A stretch of 64,000 bases of DNA from Cladosporium halotolerans (lineage: Eukaryota), in NCBI RefSeq assembly GCF_011745625.1, contig NW_027191466.1, positions 62,001 to 126,000 on the forward strand, given 5' to 3'. The translations under genes were made by a program, and so were the position numbers. This document shows positions 19,361 to 30,900 of the stretch, in pieces. Under the pieces are notes generated by a model. It had not been told where the DNA came from. It saw only the letters and a list, made by a program, of their open reading frames with translations, and did not search any database. Each line of letters opens with the position of its first letter. Within the stretch, counting starts at the first letter, position 1.

Positions 19361-22300
19361 TTAGACCTTCAGCAACTTCAGCAGCAGCCTGACATCCTTG
19401 ACATCAGTCTCCTCCTCAGCGACAGCCGCGCTGCCGTCATCCTTGATCACACCCTTGCTAGCAGCCTTAGTGAAAGCCGCAGCCTGCTGCTCGAACATCT
19501 CCTCGATGACCCTCTCGTTCTCGAGCCTGGACGCCTCGGCTGAAGCGGCCTTGTCGCCAGTCTTCTCGTCGGTCTGCGCCTCGGAGCTTGGGCTGGAAGC
19601 GAGGACGGTGTAGGCGAGCTTGACGTCGTCCGTTGGGATGAGACCAGCGCGCTTGCGCAGGCGCTGGACGCGGTTGAGGACCTCGCGCATGAGACCCTCC
19701 TGCGCGAGCTCGGGGTAGGCGAAGGAGTCAAGGAGCACCATGACCTGACCCTCGATGCCGGGCTCGTAGTTCTCGGTCTCTGGGCTCTTTTTGAGGCCGC
19801 GGTTGACGCGGAGGTCCTCGGCCAGAAGCTCGTGGCCTTCGACGGTCAGCTTGCCGGTCTCGAGGAAAGCGTGGATCTGGTCGCCCGTGAGGCTGGGAAG
19901 GGCCTTGCGGATCTTGGCGGCGTCCTTCTTGAACTTGATGCCGAGGTTCTTGACGTCGGCTTGCACGGAGTACTCGACACCGTAGCTCTTCTCGTCAGTG
20001 GTAAGGATCAGGTCACGGACGTTGAGCTCCTCAAGGACGTAGCCCTCGAGAGTGCGGACATCGTCAAGAAATTGCTGATCTTGGTGCACCACCACCAGGG
20101 TCTTCAGGGGAGTCTTGAGCGACAGAGTACGGCGGTCACGGCACAGGCGGCCGAGCTCGATGACCTTCTGCATGGCAGCGACACGACGCTCCACAGCAGA
20201 GTCGAAGAGCTCCTCACGGACTGTCGGGAAAGGAAGGAAGTGGACACTGCGGACGTCCTTGCCCTCAGTCATCGAGGGAGGGAGGTGAGGCACCAGGCGC
20301 TCGAAGATGTTGTCGGAGAGGAAAGGAATGAAAGGTGCGAGAGCCCGCACAAGGGTCTCGACGACCTCGTAAAGAGTGTTAAGAGCGTGCAGAGTGTCGT
20401 TGCCCTCTTCGTCAGAGACAACACCATTTGCTTGTCCAGTAGGCTTGGCGACCTGTCCCTTTAACCTGTTGCGGTTGAAGCGGATGTACCAGTTCGTTGT
20501 GTCGTCGACCATCTTGAGAAGCCTCGGCACGACAGTGTAGAGCCTGTAAGCCTCCATCTCGGCGTTGACGTATTGAAGGAGAGATTGGGTGGAGGCGAGG
20601 ATCCAGCGGTCCATGACGTTGGTGTTGGTCTTCTGGATCTCCGGGTCGAAGACAAAATCAGTGCCAGTGTTCTTCTTGTAAAGCGCAGCCTGCTGTGCAA
20701 AGAAGTTGTAGCTGTTCCACAGAGGCAGGAGCACACCGGAAACAATCTGCTTGACGCCCTGCTCGCTGAAGCGCAAGGGCTCAGCACGCACGACAGGTGA
20801 GTCAATCAAGTACAGACGCAGAGCATCCGAGCCGTACTTGTCAATGACAACCATGGGATCAGGGAAGTTCTTGAGCGACTTGGACATCTTCTTGCCATCC
20901 TCAGCCAGAACAATGCCGTTGACGACACAGTTCTTGAAGGGGAAAGTGTCGAAGAGGTGAGTGCCGAGAACGGAGAGAGTGTAGAACCAGCCACGAGTCT
21001 GATCCAGACCTTCAGCGATGAAATCACCAGGGAACTTAGTGAAGAGCTCCTTGCCGGGGCCGTCGGTAGGAGACATGCCAGAGTCGGGGTTGGAGGCATC
21101 AAAGTTAGGGTAGGCGAAGGGGTAGTGCGATGAGGCGTAAGGCATGCTTCCTGACTCAAACCAGCAGTCAAAGACCTCTTCGACACGCTTGAGCTGACCC
21201 TTGCCCTTCTTCGAAGGAATGGTGATCTGGTCTACAGAGTCACGGTGAAGGTCCTTGATCTCGCCTTGGTGGCCAGAGAGTTCCTTCAGCTCTGCAACAG
21301 ATCCAACACATACAACTTCCTCATAATCATCCGAGACCCACAGTGGCATCGGAGTACCCCAGTAGCGGTTACGGGAAACATTCCAATCCTTAGCAGAGGC
21401 CAGCCACTGGTGGAAACGGCCAGTCTTGACCATCGAAGGAACCCAGTGCGTCTCTCCAAGGTTCTCAAGAAGCTGTGGTACAATGCTCTCAACCTTGATG
21501 AACCAGCTGGGAACGGTCCTTTGAATAAGAGGCGTTTTCGATCTCGGGCAGTGGGGATATCTATGGGTAATCTGTGACTTGCGGACCAGTCTACCGATGG
21601 TCTCCAGATGCTTCATGATGTTCTTGTCGGCGGCCTTAACGTGCTGTCCTTCAAAATCGGGAACCTCGCTGGTATACTCGCCGCCCGGAGTCAGCGGGCA
21701 AGGCGGCGGTCGGTCGCCGTTGATGATTCCGTATCTCCACGAAATGTTGTAATCGTCCTCACCGAATGTGGGCGATTGGTGGACAATACCCACACCGTCA
21801 TCCTGCTTGACGTAGGTGTCGAGTAGAACCTTGAACGCAATCTCGCCGAAGGTGCTTATGAAGTAGTTGAAGATAGGTTTGTAGCGCCAGTCCGCAAGGT
21901 CAGAGCCCTTCGTCTTCCACAGAACCTTGTACTTGGCCTTCTTCGGGTCCTTGTAAAGCGTCTTGAGACCAGCCTCAAGCATGAGGTAACGCTTGTCACT
22001 CTCGGTGTCATGCACAAGGAGGTACTCGTAGTCCGGGTGAACGCAAAGTGCCAAATTGCTGGGCAATGTCCAGGGTGTGGTCGTCCATGCGACAAAGTTG
22101 ATCTCATCGCTTCCAGCCGCCTTGAGGGCCTCCTCGACCTTTGATCGGACTGACTCTGGCTGCTCGCTTACTGGCAGAACAGGGAAAGAAACAGTGACTG
22201 CCGGGTCCTGCACGTCCTTGTACTCTTCTTGGGCCTCGCTCTTGCTGAGAGGGGTATTGAGGGCGGTACTGTACGGCAACACACGTGCACCATGGTAGAC

Positions 22301-22810
22301 CAGACCCTTCCTGTGCAGCTGTTTGAACACCCACCAGCAAGTCTCCATGAAAGTCGGGTTCATCGTCTTGTAATCTCTGTCGAAATCGATCCAACGTCCC
22401 AGCCGACCGATAACTTTCCTCCACTCGCTCGCGTAGGTCATGACAATCTCCCTGCACCGTCTGTTGTACTCAGAAATGCCGATCTTGTCCACTGCAGCCT
22501 TGCCTCTCACACCAAGCTCCTCTTGCAGTTGCTTGTCAATGATCTGCTCAATTGGCACACCATGGGTGTCCCAGCCAAAACGACGCTCGACATAGCGACC
22601 GCGCATGCTCCAGTAGCGAGGGATGATATCTTTGATCGTGGAGGCGAGCAGGTGGCCATAGTGAGGCATTCCAGTCGCGAAAGGAGGGCCATCGTAGAAG
22701 ACATAGGGCGGGTTGTCCTTCGAGAGCTCGAGCTGGCGGTGGAAGGCATTTGTCTCGTCCCAGGTCTTGAGGACGCGCTCCTCCTCGGCGGGAAAGTTGA
22801 TGGAACCCAT
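19361..22810 (-). CDS. ILS1: Cytoplasmic-type isoleucyl-tRNA synthetase, intronless, about 1149 aa
   Basis: FYDGPPFATG-PHYGH, GWDTHG, editing motifs WTTTPWT and FGEDD, DWNVSRNRYWGTP, EGLDQTRGWF, KMSKS; start taken as the ATG at 22810. Confidence 0.95.
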   Translation of the reverse strand: MGSINFPAEEERVLKTWDETNAFHRQLELSKDNPPYVFYDGPPFATGMPHYGHLLASTIKDIIPRYWSMRGRYVERRFGWDTHGVPIEQIIDKQLQEELGVRGKAAVDKIGISEYNRRCREIVMTYASEWRKVIGRLGRWIDFDRDYKTMNPTFMETCWWVFKQLHRKGLVYHGARVLPYSTALNTPLSKSEAQEEYKDVQDPAVTVSFPVLPVSEQPESVRSKVEEALKAAGSDEINFVAWTTTPWTLPSNLALCVHPDYEYLLVHDTESDKRYLMLEAGLKTLYKDPKKAKYKVLWKTKGSDLADWRYKPIFNYFISTFGEIAFKVLLDTYVKQDDGVGIVHQSPTFGEDDYNISWRYGIINGDRPPPCPLTPGGEYTSEVPDFEGQHVKAADKNIMKHLETIGRLVRKSQITHRYPHCPRSKTPLIQRTVPSWFIKVESIVPQLLENLGETHWVPSMVKTGRFHQWLASAKDWNVSRNRYWGTPMPLWVSDDYEEVVCVGSVAELKELSGHQGEIKDLHRDSVDQITIPSKKGKGQLKRVEEVFDCWFESGSMPYASSHYPFAYPNFDASNPDSGMSPTDGPGKELFTKFPGDFIAEGLDQTRGWFYTLSVLGTHLFDTFPFKNCVVNGIVLAEDGKKMSKSLKNFPDPMVVIDKYGSDALRLYLIDSPVVRAEPLRFSEQGVKQIVSGVLLPLWNSYNFFAQQAALYKKNTGTDFVFDPEIQKTNTNVMDRWILASTQSLLQYVNAEMEAYRLYTVVPRLLKMVDDTTNWYIRFNRNRLKGQVAKPTGQANGVVSDEEGNDTLHALNTLYEVVETLVRALAPFIPFLSDNIFERLVPHLPPSMTEGKDVRSVHFLPFPTVREELFDSAVERRVAAMQKVIELGRLCRDRRTLSLKTPLKTLVVVHQDQQFLDDVRTLEGYVLEELNVRDLILTTDEKSYGVEYSVQADVKNLGIKFKKDAAKIRKALPSLTGDQIHAFLETGKLTVEGHELLAEDLRVNRGLKKSPETENYEPGIEGQVMVLLDSFAYPELAQEGLMREVLNRVQRLRKRAGLIPTDDVKLAYTVLASSPSSEAQTDEKTGDKAASAEASRLENERVIEEMFEQQAAAFTKAASKGVIKDDGSAAVAEEETDVKDVRLLLKLLKV

Positions 22811-22899
22811 GGTGCCGTCGCCGCGCAGCAATTACACGGCTCGTGTGACTTTGGGGAGGGGTTGTAGATTGTGATTATCACAAGCGCACGTTCTGAGGA

Positions 22900-23165
22900 T
22901 GAGTCGCTCGAAAAATCGCGGGGTGAGTCTTCCACCCGCACCGCCACCAAGCGGGCGATTAGATAGAGTTCGCTTCACAGGCACACCCCAGCAACAAAGC
23001 ATAACTTCCAAGTGGTAATTGTCAGATCGGGTCAGAACGTGTGATTTGCAGGAAAGATTGCTATCTCTTTGTAGCAAGATTCTCGTTTGTCGTTCCCGCA
23101 CCAATTCACATGCAGAACGCAAAAGTCGTGCGACATCGGATTTGGGGCACGTAGGGTTAGGGTTA
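22900..23165 (-). promoter_or_regulatory. IleRS upstream region with two Gcn4/CpcA-like TGAGTC cores and a telobox
   Basis: TGAGTC at 22900-22905 and 22924-22929; TAGGGTTAGGGTTA at 23152-23165. Confidence 0.4.
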
Positions 23166-23560
23166 CTGGAATGATGATCAATCATGCACGCCTATCTTTC
23201 TATAAACGGGCGCAGACGTCTCGAGACGTCGCTAGACGGTTCCACTGGCATTTTAGGTTTATCTATGTTGACCTTACGCGTGAAGGTGGCGGGTAGCATA
23301 TCATTATCCCGTCTCAGCCGATTAACCTGTACGGTGCTCAAATTCTCGCAACACAGCAGTCACAATGTTGCATTCTGCATGAAGTAATGTGCCTCAAAAA
23401 CTTCGATGATCCATACATCGTAGTGGGAGACATCTGGCAAAGGCAAGCAGCGAACTTCTGATATCAAATGCATAAACTCAATCTTGCATTCTATAGCTTT
23501 GCGTAATTCGATAGTCACATTCGTTAAGAGTGCCTTGTCTGGCACCTCAATTTTTAGGAT

Positions 23561-24758
23561 CTATTTCCTCAGACGGGCGTGCTCTGCCTTGAGAATCTCG
23601 GGAATCTCCTCCTCGATAGAGCACCTGGTCGGCTTCCATCCGAGCACCTTGTTTGCCCTCTCAGCCTTGCCACGCGAGTTCAGACCCCAGCTGACAGCTT
23701 CAAAACCGGCCTGGTCGATCGCGGCATCCTTACTCAAAGCCTTCTCCTCTGGGTCCTTGAGGTAGCCAAGCTCGACGGCCTTTGCGCCCACCTTCCTGGA
23801 AACATCGCCCCACACGTGCTCGCCGCGCTCTGTCAGGATGTAACCTTTGGCGCCCCAAAGCTCGGGGTCAGTGTTGCCTGCCACCGCAGCTTCGACCAAG
23901 AGTACGTAGGCGTCCGAGAGATCCGCAACGTGGATGTGGTTCCAGCGGGCCTTGCCAGGACCGATGATGGGAACATACTGCTTGGTCAGGATGAACTTGG
24001 CCAGTTCGTATACCTGGCGGCCACGGCCGGAGACGGGGCCACGCCCGTTGCCTTAACAGATGTGTTAGCAATCTATTCGTCGAGAGTAGAAGGACAGCAT
24101 GCTTACCGTAAATAGTTGGAGGGCAGACAATGTTGGTCTTGATCACATCTCCGTGCTTGGTTCCAGCATCGATGACGAGCTTGTCCACGTTGCGATGGAA
24201 GGCTTCATCGGGCAGGTTGGTGAGCTCGTCAACGGCCGTCCAGTCGTTGTACTCCTTCTCAGACCATTCACCAAGTCTGTCATATTTGCTGTCTTCCCAA
24301 GTCAAGATGCCAGTACCTCCCGTGTGCAGCCAGAATCCAGGGCGCTCCTTGGAGTGGCCGCTGCGAATGCCTTCCGCGATGGCCTTTGCGGCACCCTCGT
24401 GGTCCGAGGCATCGGCGGCGTCTAGAAAGTTACTCAGCGAACAATGAATCAGGAGGTAGTAGTGTTGAATGGCATACGTAAAACGACATCGGCTTTGGCA
24501 GCCTCCTCCCTCAGAAGGTCTGAATCGTCCAGACCGCCGAGCACGATCCGGGCATTGGGGTATGCCTTCTTCACAATGTCCGCTTTGTCTTGAGTGCGCA
24601 CGAGCGCAGCATACTCATAGTCAGGGTGCTTCTGGTGCAATGCGTAAAGAGCGTCGCCAGCAATGTAGCCCGTGACTCCGGTGCTTATTTGTTCGTCAGC
24701 ATACTCTTTCGAATTCACCTTCCCATAGTTGTTCTTACAGAAAGATTTTCGGTGCCAT
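23561..24758 (-). CDS. NAD(P)-binding extended SDR / epimerase-dehydratase family protein, 4 exons
   Basis: Spliced start MAPKIFLTGVTGYIAG (Rossmann motif), LHTGGTG, HRNVD, IVCPPTIYG|NGRGP, WNHIHVADL; introns about 24738-24684, 24477-24422, 24107-24053. Confidence 0.88.
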
Positions 24759-25198
24759 TCTGACTTATAGATATGTCGGATACAATGATTTGTCTCGATA
24801 GATTGTTTTGAACAATTCAACACTCGCTATATTATGTGCAATGAGTGCCTGATTACCAATGCATATTGCCGTTTTGTGGATGAACATATAGCCGCGGTGA
24901 CGTCAAGCCCGTGGATTCATGTCGACATCACAACCCATGCTCCTTGACTCGACTTACTTTGGAGTGGGGTCTAGATCTCTGTTGATCTGGCCGTCATGAT
25001 AACGAACGCATCGGTGCGTTGGTCCGTCGTCCATGCTCTGTTAGCGGAAACCGTCAAGGCTACTAATCCCGTTCATATCGACTGTGCAGTATTGATACAG
25101 AATTCGTTTCCACGCTGACTCTTGGACTCCTGATATTTTCTGAGGTTGAGAATAATGGCTAGCGCGTATAACATTGGGTATCTTGGATTAACTCGCTC

Positions 25199-28100
25199 TC
25201 AACTACGTTTGAAGTGGAACTCCCGCTCGTCCTCCCCTTCTTCATCCTCTTGTGGATCTTCGATCCGACCAGCAGTGCTCTGCGAAAACCTTCCAGCCTT
25301 AGCAAACCGCACACTTTTACCAGTGCCGATTGAAGCGCCTGGCCGACCGAAAACACTTGTCTTTAGGGCGCTCGGTGGCACCGACCCAAACCCTCCCGCC
25401 CTGAGTTTTCGAGAGAAGGGTGTAATTTGCGGCGTCAGCCCAGGCACAACGCCTGCCATTGGGCTGCTGCCGTTTCCACCAGCTGTCAAAGGGGCAGGGG
25501 TAGTTGTCATGTACCCAGGGTCGAGACCAAAGGGTGTGCCCGGCGCCGGTGTTGGTATGAGCCTCAAGCGACCTGGTCTTCTGCTGCGTGATGGTGTCTG
25601 CATGTAGGCTGGAGTTTTCGGGGTATACGAAGTCGGTCTGGAAGCGGAAAAACGACTTGTCGACCTTTCCTTGACCTGCGAAGCTCGGATACTTGGGCTC
25701 TCGGGCTCATCGAAAGGCTCGTAGGAATTCTTCTTGGCTTCGCGCGCCGCTACAGCTTTGGCAAACCAGACCCTCAGCATTTGCTTTACGTGCTGATCGT
25801 GGTTGCGCGCAAGGAGCGCTTCGGCGGTTTGGGTATTTCGGGATGCGGTGAATCTTGCCCATTCCAAGCGTTTCCAGACCCAGGCTTGAAGAGCTCGATT
25901 GGTGTCAAGACGATATGCAACAGCATGTTGATTGAGATCCTGCACCTGGGCGTGCCTCATAGACATCGCTGACAAGACTGACGCCACCAGTCTCTTGCGA
26001 TCGACGTCGACCGCCTCAAGATTGCGATTTTGTTGCTCCGCAGTCAACTCACGCCATTGGTCGAAACCCTGTGTTCCTATCGCGAAGAGCCGGACCTGCG
26101 CACGACGCTCGGCCTCCTGTTGCATCGACCGGATCTGCATGCCTTGCGTCCGCCAAGAAGTGAAGCATTTCCTCGCCATGTTGCGTTTCACTCGAGCACG
26201 GATCTGTACATAAGCATCCCTTCGACGTTGGTGTTGATGCTCTGTAGTGCGTGTCCGCCAGGTCTTGAAGGTTGAGGAACAGAGACAGTACCATCGCGCA
26301 TCCGCCGCCCACACCGCCAGCTGCCGAGCATGCTTAGTCTTTTCCTTCCATTCACTCAGTACATCGGGCAAAGCGCGGCTGTTGGCGAACTCAAGAGCAG
26401 CTCTTTCCGCGTCTTCTCGGTGTCGGAGGGCGATGTTGAGACGAATCATGGTAGAAGCTAGTCTGCGACGTTTTTGATGCACTGCAAATGCCGCTGCTTG
26501 CTCTTCCAGGTCAGCCTCTATCTCGATGAAAGCTCCATGTAGCGTCAACAACCCGTGGCGGAGGAGACGCGAATCTGCTGCTCTTCGGAAAAGACTGAGT
26601 CGCTCCTGAAGCACCCATTTGTACAGGGAATCGATTAGTATGCGTTCGTCGATACGCTGCCCAAGCGCACGAGTTCGGAGCCCATCGTTCCAGCTCCTCC
26701 AGGCGTCATGAAGTACACGCTTTCGATCAACTTCGGCGGCCTGACGAGTCAAAGAGAGATGCAAATGCCAGACCTTGAAAGCCTTCCGCTGCAATGTCAA
26801 TGTAACCCTCAAGGTCATCGTTTCCTCAAGTGGCTTCAGCCGCCCTTGTATGCGTATTGTTTCCAAACAGCTAGAGCGAATTTTCCGATCGCAGAATGAT
26901 TGAGCGGAGGCTGATGCTTGCTGTAATTGACTTAGGCGCAAACGCAATGCAGAGAAAGTCTCGTTCAATAATCGATGGGACATAAAGGTCTCAGCCCGGT
27001 CAGTCATGGCTTGGACGTGCCGACTGCTCTCGCGCCAGTGAGAGAGCAATCGATGTTCTAGGCGTTGCTCACGTCCAGCTTCTACCCTGCGGGAACAGAA
27101 CTGCCAGAACCAACTGCGATAGAGCCGCTTCTCGAGCCTTTCCTCGTAGCGTGCTGTCGCTTGATCGCTGATGAGCCGACGGAAGACCGTTTGGTGGCGC
27201 CATTTATCCAGAAACTTTCGCATCAATATTTGCCGTGCTTTGAGGTTATTCTCGATGGTGATTTCTCTCCAGCGCCGGAAGTAGCGCATGGCTAGCAGCA
27301 ATTGACTTGCCCGGAAAGTCTTCGTTTTGAGGGCCAATTGACGCGCATGCCAGTGTTCAAAGCTTTTCTGAGCCAACATTAGACTTCGGAACCAGACAGC
27401 TCTGCGCTCCATCCGTTCGAACTCTTCCTCTTGGCGTCGCTCATCGCGCCTGGCCTGCATCGCCAGCTGCCATTGATCCCAAGCTTGACGAAGGAGTGTA
27501 CGTGCATCGTGCGCCACAGCAATGGCGTTTGCGGGTACGTCTCGACCAAGTTGCTCAACAAAGGCATCATACAAGATGTGTAGATAACGCCGTTTTGTCC
27601 GAATATCTTTGGTGGTGAGGAATGCGCCCATGGTCACGTCTAGTTGAGACGCTTGCTCATCCTCGGTAAGTGTAGCGTGAAACATTCCCGAATCTGGAGG
27701 TCCATCGGGATCCGACGTATCGCGCAACGACGGCGGATCATAGCGATCAGTCTCGGATGGCCTTGTTTCATCCGTATCGATCTCTGAGGATAGCGGTGGT
27801 TGCTCGTAATATGGGCGGCCCGGGGTTTGAGGACGTTTTGAAAGCCCCTTGCCTTCTGGCGTATGCCCATAGATCTCCTCTGAAGGTTCGCTAGGCCATG
27901 TCGCCTCGCCTGGGGGCTCCTCAAATGAAACTACTCGTCCACCTTTCGGTCGATCCTGGCCATTGGGCATGGAATCACTGTAGTCCTGATCGGGCTCGCT
28001 CTCGGCGTCGGCGTCCGTCGGTTCTAGTGTAATCCCTTTCGTGGCCAAAAGTTCGTGCAGTTGTCCCAGAAAGTTGACCTCTCCCTCGCTTGCGAAAGCA

Positions 28101-28378
28101 TTGGCGCAACGTTTGCTGGTAACGAGTATCCAATTGAAGATGACCTTGTCATGTCTCGTGTCTATGCCTTTCTCCGCGAATACAGCCTTATACGCATCCG
28201 TGAGGGCTAAGTTGATCTTGGTATGCGGTGGGCGGGCCTCCGCGCGTCGGACAATCTGCTCCAGTAGGATGATATCTAGACGTATCGTATCAGCATGCCG
28301 TTATTGAGCTCGGCCAGATATGAACATACCATCGTCGCTGATTTCCCCGAGTGCCAGCTCTTCATCGTTGCCATTCAT
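25199..28378 (-). CDS. SFI1: Sfi1-like spindle pole body half-bridge (centrin-binding) protein, intron 28329-28276
   Basis: Many Trp-containing helical repeats (KSFEHWH, RYFRRWR, KFLDKWR, KAFKVWH, STFKTWR, KCFTSWR), S/T-P-rich tail; the N-terminal exon splices in frame. Confidence 0.85.
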
Positions 28379-28754
28379 AGGCGCTTACTCGACAATGGGT
28401 TTCCGGCGCACGCGCTTTGAGTATGGCACTGTCATCGGGTGTGGTGCTCCATGCGTGTATTTCGGTACGATAGTATGCTGGTGGTAGATTATCGCATGCC
28501 AATCCAAGGCCGTAGGCAAAGAATTGCTCGTAGATGTCGTCTGAAGCGTTTCGGCGCAAGAAACGCGAAGCTTCACATGATGCGCCGAAGGAGACGCGCC
28601 TCCCCGCGCGTTGCTGCTTGTTGATCACTTCCGCCGCTTGACCTTCCTTTTCCAACCACCCATGAAATCATTCACTGCGGACGAGCGAACATCGAGACGA
28701 ATGCACTCGTTCTCGTCTCGTCTCATCTCACTGAATCACAGTCTTGACCACATC

Positions 28755-29037
28755 ATGCCTGGCCGTACGAGACCCATCGAGAAATTTGCAGAAGCGACCG
28801 CCAAATGCTCGCCGGAGGTTTGTGCCATCGCAAGCCACAACTTGAAGCTGCAAACTAACCTCGTTCAGGGCGCTGTGTATGGCAAATGTATTGCGGCGAA
28901 CTATCAGAATGCGCATAAGGACATGTGCGCCAAAGAATTCATGTTGCTGAAGGACTGCTATCTTGTACGTGACGCATTATCTAACCGCTTGATCTCAGCT
29001 GACAGTAGATTAGAAGGCGGCTGGCAAGAAGGCATAG
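28755..29037 (+). CDS. NDUFAF8-like twin CX9C mitochondrial protein, 60 aa, 3 exons (28755-28817, 28869-28964, 29014-29037)
   Basis: Spliced product MPGRTRPIEKFAEATAKCSPEGAVYGKCIAANYQNAHKDMCAKEFMLLKDCYLKAAGKKA contains two CX9C motifs. Confidence 0.8.
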
Positions 29038-29157
29038 ATGCCTCGTAAAATTATGTTTGATACCCACAGTAATGGCTCTTATCTCGCTTCATCAGAGGCT
29101 TTCCACGATTTCCATCTATCTTCGATACTCGTCCAACGGCATCCGTTGAATGATTCT

Positions 29158-30370
29158 TCACGCTTTCAGCAGCTTCTTCACCTCGCTCTGGATCGCCTCA
29201 CTCATCTCTTTCGTCCCGGCTTTGCCACCAAGGTCACCGCTCCGCAATCCAAGCCCACCAATGTCTTTCGCATCCAGGACTTTCTCGACGGCTTTCTCGA
29301 CGACTTCGGCTTCATGATACATGTTGAACGAGTATCTCAGCATCATTGCCAAACTCAGTACCTGGGCCACTGGGTTGGCCAAGCCCTTGCCGCTGATGTC
29401 GGGTGCGCTACCGTGAACTGGCTCGTACAGACCTCTTGCACCTCCAACGCTATTCTGGCCTGTTTGACCGCCTGGCGCACCTGCCAAGGAAGCCGAAGGT
29501 AGCAACCCAAGTGATCCGGTCAGCCCGCCGGACTCATCGCTGAGGATGTCACCAAATGTATTATCCGTCAGAATGATTCCATTCCACCTCGTCGGCTGCG
29601 TGATAAACAGCATCGCCAGGCTGTCTGCTAGCTGATGTTGCAGCTTCACTTTCGGAAACTCCTTCTCAAAGACCTGCGTCACAATCTTCCTCCAGACTCG
29701 CGAGTTGGCCAGCACGTTCGCCTTGTCCACGCTCGTCACGGGTGTCGGAGGATCGGTCTGCATCGCCAGCGCTCCAGCAACACGCGCCACGCGTTCGATC
29801 TCCGAGCGCGTGTACTCCCAAGGGTCGAGACCATAGTCCTCGTTCTCCACCTTTTTGCCGAAATACGCACCACCGCAATTCTCGCGGATGAGCATGAAAT
29901 TCACGCCCTTGATCAGCTCCTCCTTGATCGGCGACCGCTCGATGAGGGATTGCGAGGCGAAGTAGCAGGGCCGAAGATTCGCAAAGATCTGCTACTGTCA
30001 GTACCTGCTCTACCAGAACCAGGCCTTTTGTGCCGAATAGACGCACCTGCATCTTCTGCCTAACCCTCAACAGTCCACTCTCAGGGTTCGGCAGCTTATG
30101 ACCCCATTCCGGCCCTCCAGCGCTTCCAAAGAAAACAGCATCGGCCTCGACACTCTTCTGCAGAACCTCCTCGGTCGACGCAATGCCGTGCTTGTCCAAT
30201 GAGCAGCCTCCGCAAAGGTCGAACTCCCTCTCAAATTTCACGCCGTTGTGTTCTTCGATAATGTCGAGTACTTTGAGAGCTTCGGCGACAACCTCAGGTC
30301 CAATGTGGTCGCCGGGTAGTACGAGAATCTTGCCGCCTTTCGCTGGTGGGGGATGCGCGTTGGTAGACAT
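29158..30370 (-). CDS. LEU2: 3-isopropylmalate dehydrogenase, intron 30046-29989
   Basis: LPGDHIGPEV, GSAGGPEW, IFANLRP, IRENCGGAYFG, DKANVLANSR, NTFGDILSDE, GLYEPVHGSAPDI. Confidence 0.94.
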
Positions 30371-30601
30371 GAGTATTGCAAGACGAACTTCTGGGTATGT
30401 AATGCGAGTTCGAAGGCAGAATCTGTGTAAAAAAGTGTAGCTAAAGCGAAACGTGGATTGAGTCTTGCAAAATAATTTTAGAGATGTAGAAACACGTATT
30501 CGTCGGCAAAGGCGCTCAGCCTTGCGACTACATGTGTTGTTTGATCTACACAGTTGCAATCGCCGAGGGCGCATCACTTGAGCTTCCCCGCAGCCTTGCT
30601 A

Positions 30602-30732
30602 CCGAGATCGGAGGAACAATGCAGCGAAGATCGGCTCTCTTTGTTGCCTTGGGGCGGGGGTATACCTACTACCTTGAGACGGAACAACAATATTTCAGAT
30701 GGACTCGCGGGGGGATTCTTTACCGAGTACGG
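30602..30732. promoter_or_regulatory. Two Leu3/LeuB-type CCG-N4-CGG sites upstream of LEU2
   Basis: CCGAGATCGG at 30602-30611 and CCGAGTACGG at 30723-30732. Confidence 0.65.
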
Positions 30733-30900
30733 ATTGAGGCTGCTCTAGGGAAGCATCAGCTATCACGAATCTGCAGCAATATCGGAAAATCGTCTTGCAT
30801 TCAAATCGTGATCGTAGTTATATATAGAGGGAAAAAGCACTTGCAAACGCAATGTAATGCCAAACAACGCATGCAGCCGCAGCAAAGCCCAGGCACCCGC

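Noticed and set aside
22811..22831. TTG-initiated N-terminal extension of IleRS (dual targeting)
   Set aside because: Only 7 codons with an in-frame stop immediately upstream; not a presequence
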